From the NCBI GenBank assembly GCA_963784835.1, contig CAWASM010000002.1, forward strand, positions 108,930-172,929: a stretch of 64,000 nucleotides of DNA, in the 5' to 3' direction. Positions within the stretch are counted from its first letter, which is position 1. Each line of letters opens with the position of its first letter. The translations under genes were made by a program, and so were the position numbers. Source of the DNA: an uncultured Actinomycetes bacterium. GTDB lineage: Bacteria; Actinomycetota; Thermoleophilia; RBG-16-64-13. This document shows, in pieces, positions 40,930-49,841 of this stretch. The notes beneath the pieces are model-generated. The model was not told the origin of the DNA. It did not search any database and was given only the letters and a program-made list of their open reading frames with translations.

Positions 40930-41208
40930 ATGCCAGTCAACCTCTCGATCAAGAACGTGCCCGACGACGTAGCCCGGGGCCTCCGCAACAAGGCGCTCGC
41001 CAACCAGCGGTCGCTGCAGGAAGAGCTGTTGGTCATACTTCGGCAGGCGGTCAAAGACCAAGGCGAGGTCACTATCGACGTCCTACTGGAGCAAGCCCAG
41101 CGGAAGAAGCCGGCGCTCGACGAAGCGGCCTCCAAAATACTTGCGGCCAAGGATGCCGAGCAGGAGAAGGCGGCGCAGCGCTTCCAGGATCTTCTGGGCA
41201 AGCCCTAG
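40930..41208 (+). CDS. Ribbon-helix-helix antitoxin-like protein (FitA/VapB/Arc-type), no cognate toxin adjacent
   Basis: MPVNLSIKNVPDDVARGLRNKALANQRSLQEELLVILRQAV N-terminal RHH pattern. Confidence 0.45.
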   Translation: MPVNLSIKNVPDDVARGLRNKALANQRSLQEELLVILRQAVKDQGEVTIDVLLEQAQRKKPALDEAASKILAAKDAEQEKAAQRFQDLLGKP

Positions 41209-41236
41209 AGGCTGCCGAAGGACAAAACTCCAGCTG

Positions 41237-42019
41237 CTACAGCAGTCCGGTCTGCCGGGCGATTTCTTCCACCTTCGCCGCCAACTCCGGGGCCACATCG
41301 TAGGCCGTCGCGGCGTGCATGTCGGCGTCAACGACACGACCGTCCAAGGGCAGCCAGCCGGCCAGCGGCAGAGCAGTAAGGTTTTCGCGGATGAAGGTCA
41401 GGTCCTCATCGCTGCGGACCTTGTTCGCCACCGCCCAAATGGCGGGTATCCCTATCTCATGGGCCAACTGCGCGATATCGGCGGCTACGCCCAGACTGCG
41501 CTGCCCGGGTTCGACCACGACGTACATGGCGTCGACCGCCCCGGCAGTGCCCCGCCCCAGATGCTCCAGACCGGCCACCATGTCGAGGAGAACGGTCTCC
41601 TGCTCGCGCAGCAGGAGATGGGTGACCAGCGCGCGGACCATGGTGTTCTCGGGGCAGACACAGCCGGCGCCCGCCCCCCGCACGGTGCCCATCGTGAGCA
41701 GACGTATGCCCCTGTGCGACACCGAGAACCTGCCGGGGATGTCATCTACGCGCGGATTGAGACGGAAGTAGCCTCCCGACTCACCGGGACGCGCGCCGGT
41801 GCGTTCTTCCACAAGGTCCTTCATCTCGACGATGGGCACAAGTTCGGCCAATAGAGCTGCGGGAAAACCGAGGGCTTCTCCCAGCGTGGGGTCGGGGTCC
41901 GCGTCGATGGCATAGACCGTTCTTCCCGCCGCCGCCAGCACGTACGCAAGCAACGCGCTGAACGTAGTCTTGCCGACTCCGCCTTTGCCGGCTACTGCGA
42001 CCTTTTGGCCTGGTTCCAT
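41237..42019 (-). CDS. cooC: CooC-type Ni-insertion ATPase (MinD/ParA family) for CODH
   Basis: Walker A AVAGKGGVGKTT; CxC motif AGCVCPEN. Confidence 0.7.
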   Translation of the reverse strand: MEPGQKVAVAGKGGVGKTTFSALLAYVLAAAGRTVYAIDADPDPTLGEALGFPAALLAELVPIVEMKDLVEERTGARPGESGGYFRLNPRVDDIPGRFSVSHRGIRLLTMGTVRGAGAGCVCPENTMVRALVTHLLLREQETVLLDMVAGLEHLGRGTAGAVDAMYVVVEPGQRSLGVAADIAQLAHEIGIPAIWAVANKVRSDEDLTFIRENLTALPLAGWLPLDGRVVDADMHAATAYDVAPELAAKVEEIARQTGLL

Positions 42020-42225
42020 CGTTCCTCGCCTAAACACTCGCGGGCCATGGCACACCACTGCGCGCAGGAAGGGATCTCCGCTTGATCGACATACTTCCCG
42101 CACTTGTGGCATTTCACTCGCTGCTCATCGGAGAATAACTCCACCTCAGCCCCGCAATTCGGGCAGAAGCAAGTGCTCACTTTCAGGTCTCTACCATCTT
42201 GGCCTGGACAGCGCACGTCGGGCAT
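41992..42225 (-). CDS. Small cysteine-rich (Zn-ribbon-like) protein overlapping the cooC start
   Basis: CFCPNCG...CHKCGK...CAQWCAMAREC. Confidence 0.35.
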   Translation of the reverse strand: MPDVRCPGQDGRDLKVSTCFCPNCGAEVELFSDEQRVKCHKCGKYVDQAEIPSCAQWCAMARECLGEERWNQAKRSQ

Positions 42226-42402
42226 AGGCTAGCCTCCTGTTATCCCGTGTGACGAGATAGTCCATGGGGGACTGGGAATCACGGTGCCCAGCTCGGGCGA
42301 CAGTCAAACCGGTCGGCAGGACGCCCACACAATATCACCAGTTGAAAAGTCCCCGATACAGTTATATGATGATAAGGTCACTAACCATAGGGGGATGCGT
42401 CC

Positions 42403-42834
42403 ATGTTCTGCCTTTCGAGCCGAGGGCGATTCGCGACGAGGATCCTCGTGCTGCTCGCGGCCGGCCCTGAGACGAAATGCTTCACCAAGCAGGAGATCGC
42501 AGATTGCGAAGGTTTGACGCCTGCGTACGTTCAGCAGCTTATGGGTAGTCTTCAGTCAGCCGGTCTTGTAATGGGCTTTCGCGGAAGGCAAGGAGGTTTC
42601 AGGCTTGCTCGGCCTCCGGAAAGCATCACGGTTGGGGAGACGCTACGGGTGATGGAAGGTTGCATCCGCTTAGCGCCTTGCCAGGAGGGCCAGAACTGCG
42701 AACGCATCGCGGATTGCCCCACCCGTCATGTCTGGCTGGGGGCCGCCGACCTTCTGCGTGACTACTTCCAGCAGACGACCATAGCCGAGTTGGCCGAGCG
42801 GGCCGGCCGGGGGAAGAAAGGTGTGAGCGTATGA
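42403..42834 (+). CDS. Rrf2-family transcriptional regulator
   Basis: MFCLSSRGRFATRILVLLAA N-terminal wHTH pattern; Cys-containing C-terminal region. Confidence 0.6.
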   Translation: MFCLSSRGRFATRILVLLAAGPETKCFTKQEIADCEGLTPAYVQQLMGSLQSAGLVMGFRGRQGGFRLARPPESITVGETLRVMEGCIRLAPCQEGQNCERIADCPTRHVWLGAADLLRDYFQQTTIAELAERAGRGKKGVSV

Positions 42835-43163
42835 ACGCACTCGTCGTCGAAGTGCCGGCTATGTACGGCGACCATCATGTGCTTCGCGTGCGCCAGGCAC
42901 TGCTCGGCGTAGAAGGCGTCGACCAGGTGACGGCGAGCGCGGCGCGGCGCAGAGTGGCGGTGAGGTTCGACGAAAAGGTCACCTCTGCCGAGTCCATCCG
43001 TACAGCGCTGGAAAAGGCCGGTTACATTCCGGACGAAATCATCCCCGCTCCCCTGTTCCCTAAAAGGCACAAGGACGGTTCAGCCTGGTTCACGGTGCTC
43101 GATCGGGTCACTACCACTGAACTCAAAGACCGCGAGATGGCCGGGGACTTCCGGCGCTACTAG
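42831..43163 (+). CDS. HMA-like (ferredoxin-fold) small protein with MYGDHH in place of the MxCxxC metal site
   Basis: VVEVPAMYGDHHVLRVRQALLGVEGVDQVTAS...RVAVRFDEKVTSAESIRTALEKAGY follows the HMA beta-alpha-beta-beta-alpha-beta spacing. Confidence 0.35.
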   Translation: MNALVVEVPAMYGDHHVLRVRQALLGVEGVDQVTASAARRRVAVRFDEKVTSAESIRTALEKAGYIPDEIIPAPLFPKRHKDGSAWFTVLDRVTTTELKDREMAGDFRRY

Positions 43164-43205
43164 GCGCGGCGTCCCCGTTCCAGCGCATTCGAAGAGGAGA
43201 GGAAG

Positions 43206-45194
43206 ATGCCTGAACGCAAAAGTGCAGACGCGGCGGCGTGTGAGGTGCTCGGTTCGTGTGAAGGACTCGTCGAGACCGCCTTCGACCGCGCCGCGAACAT
43301 CCTACCGTGCCCCATCGGGGCCGAGGGCATCTGCTGCAAGAACTGCGCAATGGGCCCTTGCCGCCTCATGGGCGACACCCCGCGCGGGGTGTGCGGAGCC
43401 ACCCAGTCCACAGTCGCGGCCCGCAACTTCGCCCGGGCGGTAGCCGCCGGCGTCTCGGCGCACTCAGATCACGGTCGAGGGATGGCGCTCGCCCTGCTGG
43501 CGGTAGCCAAGGGCGAAACGCATGGCTTCGGCATCCGCGATGAGGAGAAGCTCAGGGCCGTGGCCGGTCACATGGGCATCAAGACAGGCGACCGTCCTGT
43601 GTTGGACATCGCCCTCGATGTCGCCGAGGCCGCCCTGGCCGAGTTCGGCAGGCAGACCGGCGAACTGATGTATCTCTCGCGGGCGAGCGCGGCGCAGCAG
43701 GAACGTTGGCACAAAGAGAAGGTCGCTCCCCGCGGCATCGACCGCGAGGTGGTGGAGATGATGCACCGCACCCACATGGGCGTCGACCAAGACGCAGAGC
43801 ACCTTCTGGACCAGGTGCTCTGCACGTCCCTCGCGGACGGCTGGGGCGGGTCCATGCTGGCCACCGACATCAGCGACATCCTGTTCGGCACCCCGACTCC
43901 GCTGCAGAGCAGGGTGAACCTGGGAGTCCTGAAGGACGACGAGGTCAACATCGTGATCCACGGCCACGAGCCGATCGTAGCGGAGATGATCGTAGCGGCG
44001 TCCACCGACCCCGAACTGATCGAGTACGCGAAGAGCAAGGGCGCAGAGGGCATCAACCTGGCCGGCATCTGCTGCACCGCCAACGAGGTCCTCATGCGCC
44101 ATGGCATCCCTCCCGCGGGCAACTTCCTTTCGCAGGAGTTGGCCATCGCGACCGGCGCCATCGAGGCCATGATCGTCGACGTGCAGTGCGTCATGCAGGC
44201 GCTCGCCGAAGTGGCGACCCACTACCACACCAAACTCATAACCACCTCCCCGAAGGCGAAGATAGAGGGTGCGGTGCACATGGAGTTCGACGAGCACGAT
44301 GCCTACCAGAGCGCGAAGGACATCGTGCGTGCCGCAATAGACAACTACCCCAATCGCAAGAAGACGGTGATCCCGCAGACCGACGAGGCCCTCATAGCCG
44401 GCTTCTCGCATGAGTATGTGCGCTACATGCAGGGCGGGCACTATCGCGGCTCGTTCCGTCCTTTGAACGACGCCATAGCCGCCGGTCGCATCCGGGGTCT
44501 GGCCGCGGTGGTGGGCTGCAACAACCCGCGCGTGACGCAGGACGCCCCCACCACCGAGATCATCGCGGAACTGATCAAGAACGACGTCCTGGTCGCCGTC
44601 ACCGGCTGCGCAGCCACTGGAGCGGCGAAGTACGGCTATCTGAAGCCGGAGTTCATGGACCAGGCTGGTGCCGGGCTGCGCGAGGTGTGCGAGGCCATCG
44701 GCATCCCGCCGGTTCTGCACGTCGGTTCGTGCGTGGACAACTCCCGCATCCTCACGATCCTCACCGAATGCGCCACTGAGGGCGGCCTAGGCGAGGACAT
44801 CTCCGACTTGCCCGCTGTGGGCATCTGCCCTGAGTACATGTCCGAGAAGGCGCTCGCCATCGGTTCTTACTGCGCGGCTTCCGGCGCCTACGTACTGTTC
44901 GGGCTGCCCTCCCCGGTGGGAGGAAGCCAGGAGGTCAAGGACCTCATGCTGGAAGGCTGGACGGCGCGGTTCGGAGGCGGCATCGAGTTCGAGCCCAACA
45001 CCCAGGCGCTGATCAAGAAGGCCATCGCCCACATAGACGCTAAGCGGGCGGAGCTCGGCCTGGCCGAGTACGACCCGGCGCGGTTTGGCGAGAGTGGCGA
45101 CACTCTGATGAACGAGCTGGAGTCCGAAGTACCGGCGGACGAGCCGGTGAGCATCTATTCGGCACACAAGCAGCCGGTCGCATCGGAGGTGTAG
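43206..45194 (+). CDS. cooS: Anaerobic Ni,Fe carbon monoxide dehydrogenase catalytic subunit (CooS/AcsA)
   Basis: ILPCPIGAEGICCKNCAMGPCRL B/D-cluster motifs; GHEPI...; C-cluster Cys pattern; intact 662 aa. Confidence 0.85.
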   Translation: MPERKSADAAACEVLGSCEGLVETAFDRAANILPCPIGAEGICCKNCAMGPCRLMGDTPRGVCGATQSTVAARNFARAVAAGVSAHSDHGRGMALALLAVAKGETHGFGIRDEEKLRAVAGHMGIKTGDRPVLDIALDVAEAALAEFGRQTGELMYLSRASAAQQERWHKEKVAPRGIDREVVEMMHRTHMGVDQDAEHLLDQVLCTSLADGWGGSMLATDISDILFGTPTPLQSRVNLGVLKDDEVNIVIHGHEPIVAEMIVAASTDPELIEYAKSKGAEGINLAGICCTANEVLMRHGIPPAGNFLSQELAIATGAIEAMIVDVQCVMQALAEVATHYHTKLITTSPKAKIEGAVHMEFDEHDAYQSAKDIVRAAIDNYPNRKKTVIPQTDEALIAGFSHEYVRYMQGGHYRGSFRPLNDAIAAGRIRGLAAVVGCNNPRVTQDAPTTEIIAELIKNDVLVAVTGCAATGAAKYGYLKPEFMDQAGAGLREVCEAIGIPPVLHVGSCVDNSRILTILTECATEGGLGEDISDLPAVGICPEYMSEKALAIGSYCAASGAYVLFGLPSPVGGSQEVKDLMLEGWTARFGGGIEFEPNTQALIKKAIAHIDAKRAELGLAEYDPARFGESGDTLMNELESEVPADEPVSIYSAHKQPVASEV

Positions 45195-45198
45195 GCGG

Positions 45199-47475
45199 AT
45201 GTCGAGGCACATAGCAAGAGCCGCCATGCGCGGCGCCAACAGCATCGTGAACGAGGCCGAGCAGATGCTGCAGGCGGCCATCACCGAATTCGGCCCTGAT
45301 AAGCCGGTCGCCTTCACGAACACCGCCTATCACCTGCCCGTGATCCTCGGTTTCACGGGGATGGAGGTAGACAACCTGGGGCAGTTGCAACAGGCGCTCG
45401 CCCAAGCCCGGCGGCTGCTGGCCGAGGCCCCGGGAGATAGCCTGTGGCTCCCCTATCTAGGCGAGACTCTGGACAGCGGTGCCGCCACTCTCCTTGCCGC
45501 GGAGGCGATCGAAGCCATCCGTTTCGTGCGCGGCGAACAGCCCGAGCCCATCCCGGGGCTGAGCCTCACCGGCACGAGCTACCACCCCGAAGGCAACGGC
45601 GGCGGCCCCGGAGGCTACGCCAACGGACCTATCGACGACATCCAGTTGCGTGCCTGGGGCATCCAGTTGGTCGACGGCCGCATGCCCGGATTCGCCGCCA
45701 TCGTCGGCGCGGCCCGCAGCAACGAGGCTGCGGTGTCCATCGTGCGTGAACTGCAGAAGCGCAACATCCTGGTGTTCCTCTCGGGCAACGTGAACGGCCG
45801 CAGCATCATCCATCAGCTGATGGAAGAGGGCGTCGAGATGGGCTACGACACCTATATCGTTCCCTTCGGCACCGACACCATCTCGGCTATCTACGCGCTG
45901 GGCTTCGCCACCCGGTCGGCCCTGACCTTCGGCGGCATGTCCGGGGGCCAGATCCGCAATATCCTCCTCTACAACAAGTTCCGGGTGTTCGCCTTCGTCC
46001 TTGCCTTGGGCGAGGTGGACGACCTCAAGTACGCGGCAGCCGCGGGGGCGATCAACTACGGCTTCCCCGTCATCGCCGACACCGTCATCCCCCAGATCCT
46101 GCCCACCGGCGTGACCGCCTACGAGCACGTGGTGAGCATGCCCTTTGACGACATCGAAGCCGACAACGACACCGAGAAGGCGCGCAAGTTGGTGCAGCGG
46201 GCTATCGAGGTGCGAGGCGTCAAGATCAAGATCACCGACGTACCTATCCCGGTGCCCTACGGCAGCGCCTTCGAGGGCGAACGGGTGCGCAAGGCCGACA
46301 TGCGCCTGGAATTCGGCGGCTCAAAGGCCAAGGCGTTCGAGTACCTGCGCATGGCCGGGCTGGACGAGATCGAGGACGGCCGCATCGAAGTGGTGGGGCC
46401 GGGCATCGATGAGGTGCCCGAGGGCGGCGCCACTAACCTGGGAATCCTGGTCGAGGTGGCCGGACGCAAAATGCAGGAGGACTTCGAGCCGGTGCTAGAG
46501 CGCCAGATGCATTACTTCGTCAACGGCGCGTCGGGCATACAGCACATAGGCCAGCGTGACATCACCTGGATCCGTTTCAGCAAGGCGGCCATCGACAAGG
46601 GCTTCGCGCTCAAGAACCTCGGCGACATCCTCTACGCACGCTTCCATGCCGAGTTCGGCGCCATCGTGGACAAAGTGCAGGTGACGTTGTTCACCGACCC
46701 CGAGAAGTTCGAGGAATGGTTGGCCAAGGCGCGCCTGGCTTACCAGAACCGAAACCTGCGCCTAGCCGACATGGTGGATGCATCGGTGGACGAGTTCTAC
46801 AGTTGCACGCTGTGCCAGAGCTTCGCGCCCAACCACGTATGCGTCATCTCGCCCGAGCGTCTGGGACTGTGCGGCGCCTACAACTGGCTCGACTGCAAGG
46901 CTTCCAACCAGATCAACCCCACCGGGCCCAACCAGCCCATCCCCAAGGGCATCTGCATCGATTCCACGCTGGGGGTATACCAAGGAGCGAACGAGTTCGC
47001 CTACCAGAACACTCACCAGTCGGTAGAACGCTTGGCTCTGTACTCCATCATGCAGGACCCCATGACCGCCTGCGGCTGCTTTGAATGCATCGTGATGGTC
47101 GTCCCCGAAGCCAACGGGGTCATGGTGGTCTCGCGCGAAGACCCGAGCATGACGCCGGCCGGCATGACCTTCTCTACGCTCGCCGGCGTCGCCGGCGGCG
47201 GACTGCAGACGCCGGGCATGATGGGCGTGGGCAAGTACTACCTGCTGAGCCGCAAGTTCATCTCGGCCGAGGGCGGCTTCAAACGCGTGGTCTGGATGTC
47301 GAGCAACCTGAAGGTCATGATGGCGGACGATCTCAAGGCCGTCTGCGAGCGGGAAGGCGACCCTGGCCTGCTGGACAAGATCGCCGACGAGCGGTCGGTG
47401 ACCACGGTGGAGGAGCTCGTGCCCTTCCTGGAAGAGCATGAGCATCCCGCGCTCACCATGGACCCGATCTTCTGA
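45199..47475 (+). CDS. acsB: Acetyl-CoA synthase subunit (AcsB; A-cluster)
   Basis: 758 aa; A-cluster ...SCTLCQSFAPNHVCVISPERLGLCGAYNWLDC... and Cys-Gly-Cys bridge ...TACGCFECI. Confidence 0.85.
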   Translation: MSRHIARAAMRGANSIVNEAEQMLQAAITEFGPDKPVAFTNTAYHLPVILGFTGMEVDNLGQLQQALAQARRLLAEAPGDSLWLPYLGETLDSGAATLLAAEAIEAIRFVRGEQPEPIPGLSLTGTSYHPEGNGGGPGGYANGPIDDIQLRAWGIQLVDGRMPGFAAIVGAARSNEAAVSIVRELQKRNILVFLSGNVNGRSIIHQLMEEGVEMGYDTYIVPFGTDTISAIYALGFATRSALTFGGMSGGQIRNILLYNKFRVFAFVLALGEVDDLKYAAAAGAINYGFPVIADTVIPQILPTGVTAYEHVVSMPFDDIEADNDTEKARKLVQRAIEVRGVKIKITDVPIPVPYGSAFEGERVRKADMRLEFGGSKAKAFEYLRMAGLDEIEDGRIEVVGPGIDEVPEGGATNLGILVEVAGRKMQEDFEPVLERQMHYFVNGASGIQHIGQRDITWIRFSKAAIDKGFALKNLGDILYARFHAEFGAIVDKVQVTLFTDPEKFEEWLAKARLAYQNRNLRLADMVDASVDEFYSCTLCQSFAPNHVCVISPERLGLCGAYNWLDCKASNQINPTGPNQPIPKGICIDSTLGVYQGANEFAYQNTHQSVERLALYSIMQDPMTACGCFECIVMVVPEANGVMVVSREDPSMTPAGMTFSTLAGVAGGGLQTPGMMGVGKYYLLSRKFISAEGGFKRVVWMSSNLKVMMADDLKAVCEREGDPGLLDKIADERSVTTVEELVPFLEEHEHPALTMDPIF

Positions 47476-47509
47476 CGTAAGCCGGATCACACGGGAAAGG
47501 AGATTCCGG

Positions 47510-48478
47510 ATGTCTGTAGCAGTGCCTGAAGTCAAGGAGAGTTGGAGCGGCAAGATCACCGAAGTGACCCTTGGGGCCGTTCCGGCGAACGGCGGCACTA
47601 GGGGCAGCACAGTCACCGTGGGCGGCGAGACGGGTCTACCGTTTCTGCACTTCGAGGGGTCCACGCCTCACCGGCCGGCCATCGCAGTCGAGGTGAGCGA
47701 TCGTAGCCCTGGCGAGTGGTCACGCCTGCTGCTGGACGCCTGGGGAGACGCTGTGAAAGACCCGGCGGTCTGGGCGGCGGCGGCCGAAAAGGCAGGGGCC
47801 GACCTCATCGCCTTGTCGCTTGACAGCGCCCATCCGGAACGGGGCGACACGGGGGCCAAGGAGGCAAAACAGACGGTCCGACGCGTGCTCGAGGCCACCA
47901 CCCTGCCTCTCATCGTCTACGGTCCCGGTCAGCGAGACAAGGACAACGAGGTGCTGGTCGCGGCGGCGGAAGAGGCTGCCGGAGAACGGATCGCCCTGGG
48001 CAACTGCGAAGACAAGAACTATCGCACCATCGTCGCAGCCGCCATGGCCAACGAGCATGTGATCATCGCCAAGAGCCCCATCGATGTGAACCTCGCCAAG
48101 CAGCTGAACGTACTTATTGGCGACATGGGCTTGGCCCGGGATCGCATCCTCATCGACCCCACCACCGGTGCTCTCGGCTACGGCCTGGAATACAGCTACT
48201 CGGTGATGGAGCGCATCCGTCTGGCCGCTTTCGCCGGCGACGCTACTCTGCAGCAGCCGCTGGTGCTCACGGTGGGCTACGAGGCCTGGCGCGCCAAGGA
48301 GGCGCGCACCAACGAGGAGGTGCCGGCCGAGTGGGGCGACTGGAAGCAGCGGGCGCTCCTGTGGGAGTCGACCACCGGCGTGACACTTCTGGGAACGGGC
48401 GCCGACATCCTTGTGTTGCGCCATCCCGACACCATCCCTCTTGTAAGACGGGTCATCGACAAGCTCATGGCTGCGTGA
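47510..48478 (+). CDS. acsD: Corrinoid iron-sulfur protein small subunit (AcsD)
   Basis: TIM-barrel CFeSP small-subunit pattern; RBS AAAGGAG; internal ATG at 47510 of ORF 47438..48478. Confidence 0.7.
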   Translation: MSVAVPEVKESWSGKITEVTLGAVPANGGTRGSTVTVGGETGLPFLHFEGSTPHRPAIAVEVSDRSPGEWSRLLLDAWGDAVKDPAVWAAAAEKAGADLIALSLDSAHPERGDTGAKEAKQTVRRVLEATTLPLIVYGPGQRDKDNEVLVAAAEEAAGERIALGNCEDKNYRTIVAAAMANEHVIIAKSPIDVNLAKQLNVLIGDMGLARDRILIDPTTGALGYGLEYSYSVMERIRLAAFAGDATLQQPLVLTVGYEAWRAKEARTNEEVPAEWGDWKQRALLWESTTGVTLLGTGADILVLRHPDTIPLVRRVIDKLMAA

Positions 48479-48491
48479 AAAGGAGAGCCAC

Positions 48492-49841
48492 ATGGCGCTG
48501 AGCGGAATAGCTATCTACAAGATGCTCCCCCAGACCAACTGCAAGGAGTGCGGTCACCCCACCTGCCTTGCCTTCGCCATGAAGCTTGCCGCCCGGCAGG
48601 CAGAACTGGCGGCCTGCCCCTACGTATCCGATGAGGCCAAAGCCCAGCTGGACAACGCCTCCGCGCCGCCCATCAGGCTGATCTCGGTGGGAAGCGGCGA
48701 GCGCAAGCTTGAGGTGGGCAACGAGACCGTCGTCTTCCGTCATGAGAAGACATTTGTCCACCAGCCCGGGCTCTTCCTGCGCCTGCCGGCCGGCTTGGCC
48801 GACTCCGACTTCGAGGCCAAGCTGCAACAGGTGGCCGAATACAAGGTCGAGCGGGTAGGTCAGACGCTTCGACCCGATGGAGTCGCGATCGAAGCGGGAG
48901 CTTCGGCCGAGGCCTTTGCGGCCCGGGTCAAGAAGGCTGCCGACAAGGGATTGGCCCTCGTTCTTGTGGCCTCCGATCCCGCCGCTATGGAAGCCGGCCT
49001 CGCCGCCGCCGAGCCTGCGCGTCCGCTGGCCTACGGCGCGGACGCGGGCAACTGGCAGGAGATGGCGGCTCTCGCTAAGACGCACTCGGTGCCCCTTGCC
49101 GTGCGCGTGCCCGACGGCGACCTTGGCACCCTGGCCGAATTGACCGACCAGATCACCAAGCTGGGCGTCGATGACCTGGTTCTCGATCCCGGCGCCCGGA
49201 CCTGGGCCGACTCGCTCAGCGCGCTCACGCGCCTGCGGAGGGCGGCCATCAAGAAGAACTTCAAGGCGCTCGGCTACCCCGTGATCGCCTTCGCCGGCGA
49301 AGGCGTGGAAAGCCCGGAAGAAGAGGCTCTGCTCGCCTCGCAGTTCATCGGCAGGTACGCGGGCTTCATCGTGCTCGACAACTTCGAGCCTGCCGCCATC
49401 TACTCGCTGCTGGCGCTGCGTCAGAACATCTACACCGACCCGCAGAAGCCGATCCAGGTCACACCCGGGCTGTATCCGATGGGCGAACCAGGGATGGAGT
49501 CCCCGCTGCTGGTGACCACGAACTTCTCGCTCACCTATTTCTCCGTCGCCGGAGAGGTGGAGGGCAGCGGCCGGCCGGCTTGGCTGCTCGTGGCCGACTC
49601 CGAAGGCATGTCGGTGCTCACTGCCTGGGCCGCCGGCAAATTCGATGCCGCCGCCATAGCCAAGGCGGTCAAGACGACGGGGGTCGAAGGCAAGATCGCG
49701 CATCACCGCATCATCATCCCGGGCATGGTAGCCGGCCTCTCCGGCGAGCTCGAAGAAGAGTTGCCCGGCTGGCAGGTGCTGGTAGGTCCCCGAGAGTCCA
49801 TCGGCATCGCCTCGTTCCTCAAGCAGGTGGCCGACGACTGA
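48492..49841 (+). CDS. acsC: Corrinoid iron-sulfur protein large subunit (AcsC)
   Basis: N-terminal [4Fe-4S] CKECGHPTC; B12-binding C-terminal domain. Confidence 0.8.
   Translation: MALSGIAIYKMLPQTNCKECGHPTCLAFAMKLAARQAELAACPYVSDEAKAQLDNASAPPIRLISVGSGERKLEVGNETVVFRHEKTFVHQPGLFLRLPAGLADSDFEAKLQQVAEYKVERVGQTLRPDGVAIEAGASAEAFAARVKKAADKGLALVLVASDPAAMEAGLAAAEPARPLAYGADAGNWQEMAALAKTHSVPLAVRVPDGDLGTLAELTDQITKLGVDDLVLDPGARTWADSLSALTRLRRAAIKKNFKALGYPVIAFAGEGVESPEEEALLASQFIGRYAGFIVLDNFEPAAIYSLLALRQNIYTDPQKPIQVTPGLYPMGEPGMESPLLVTTNFSLTYFSVAGEVEGSGRPAWLLVADSEGMSVLTAWAAGKFDAAAIAKAVKTTGVEGKIAHHRIIIPGMVAGLSGELEEELPGWQVLVGPRESIGIASFLKQVADD

Noticed and set aside
49580-49840. N-terminal extension of the RACo ORF (MAARGRLRRHVGAH...)
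   Set aside because: It overlaps the acsC 3' end in another frame and is Arg/Gly low-complexity. The conserved RACo [2Fe-2S] domain begins at the Met at 49841.
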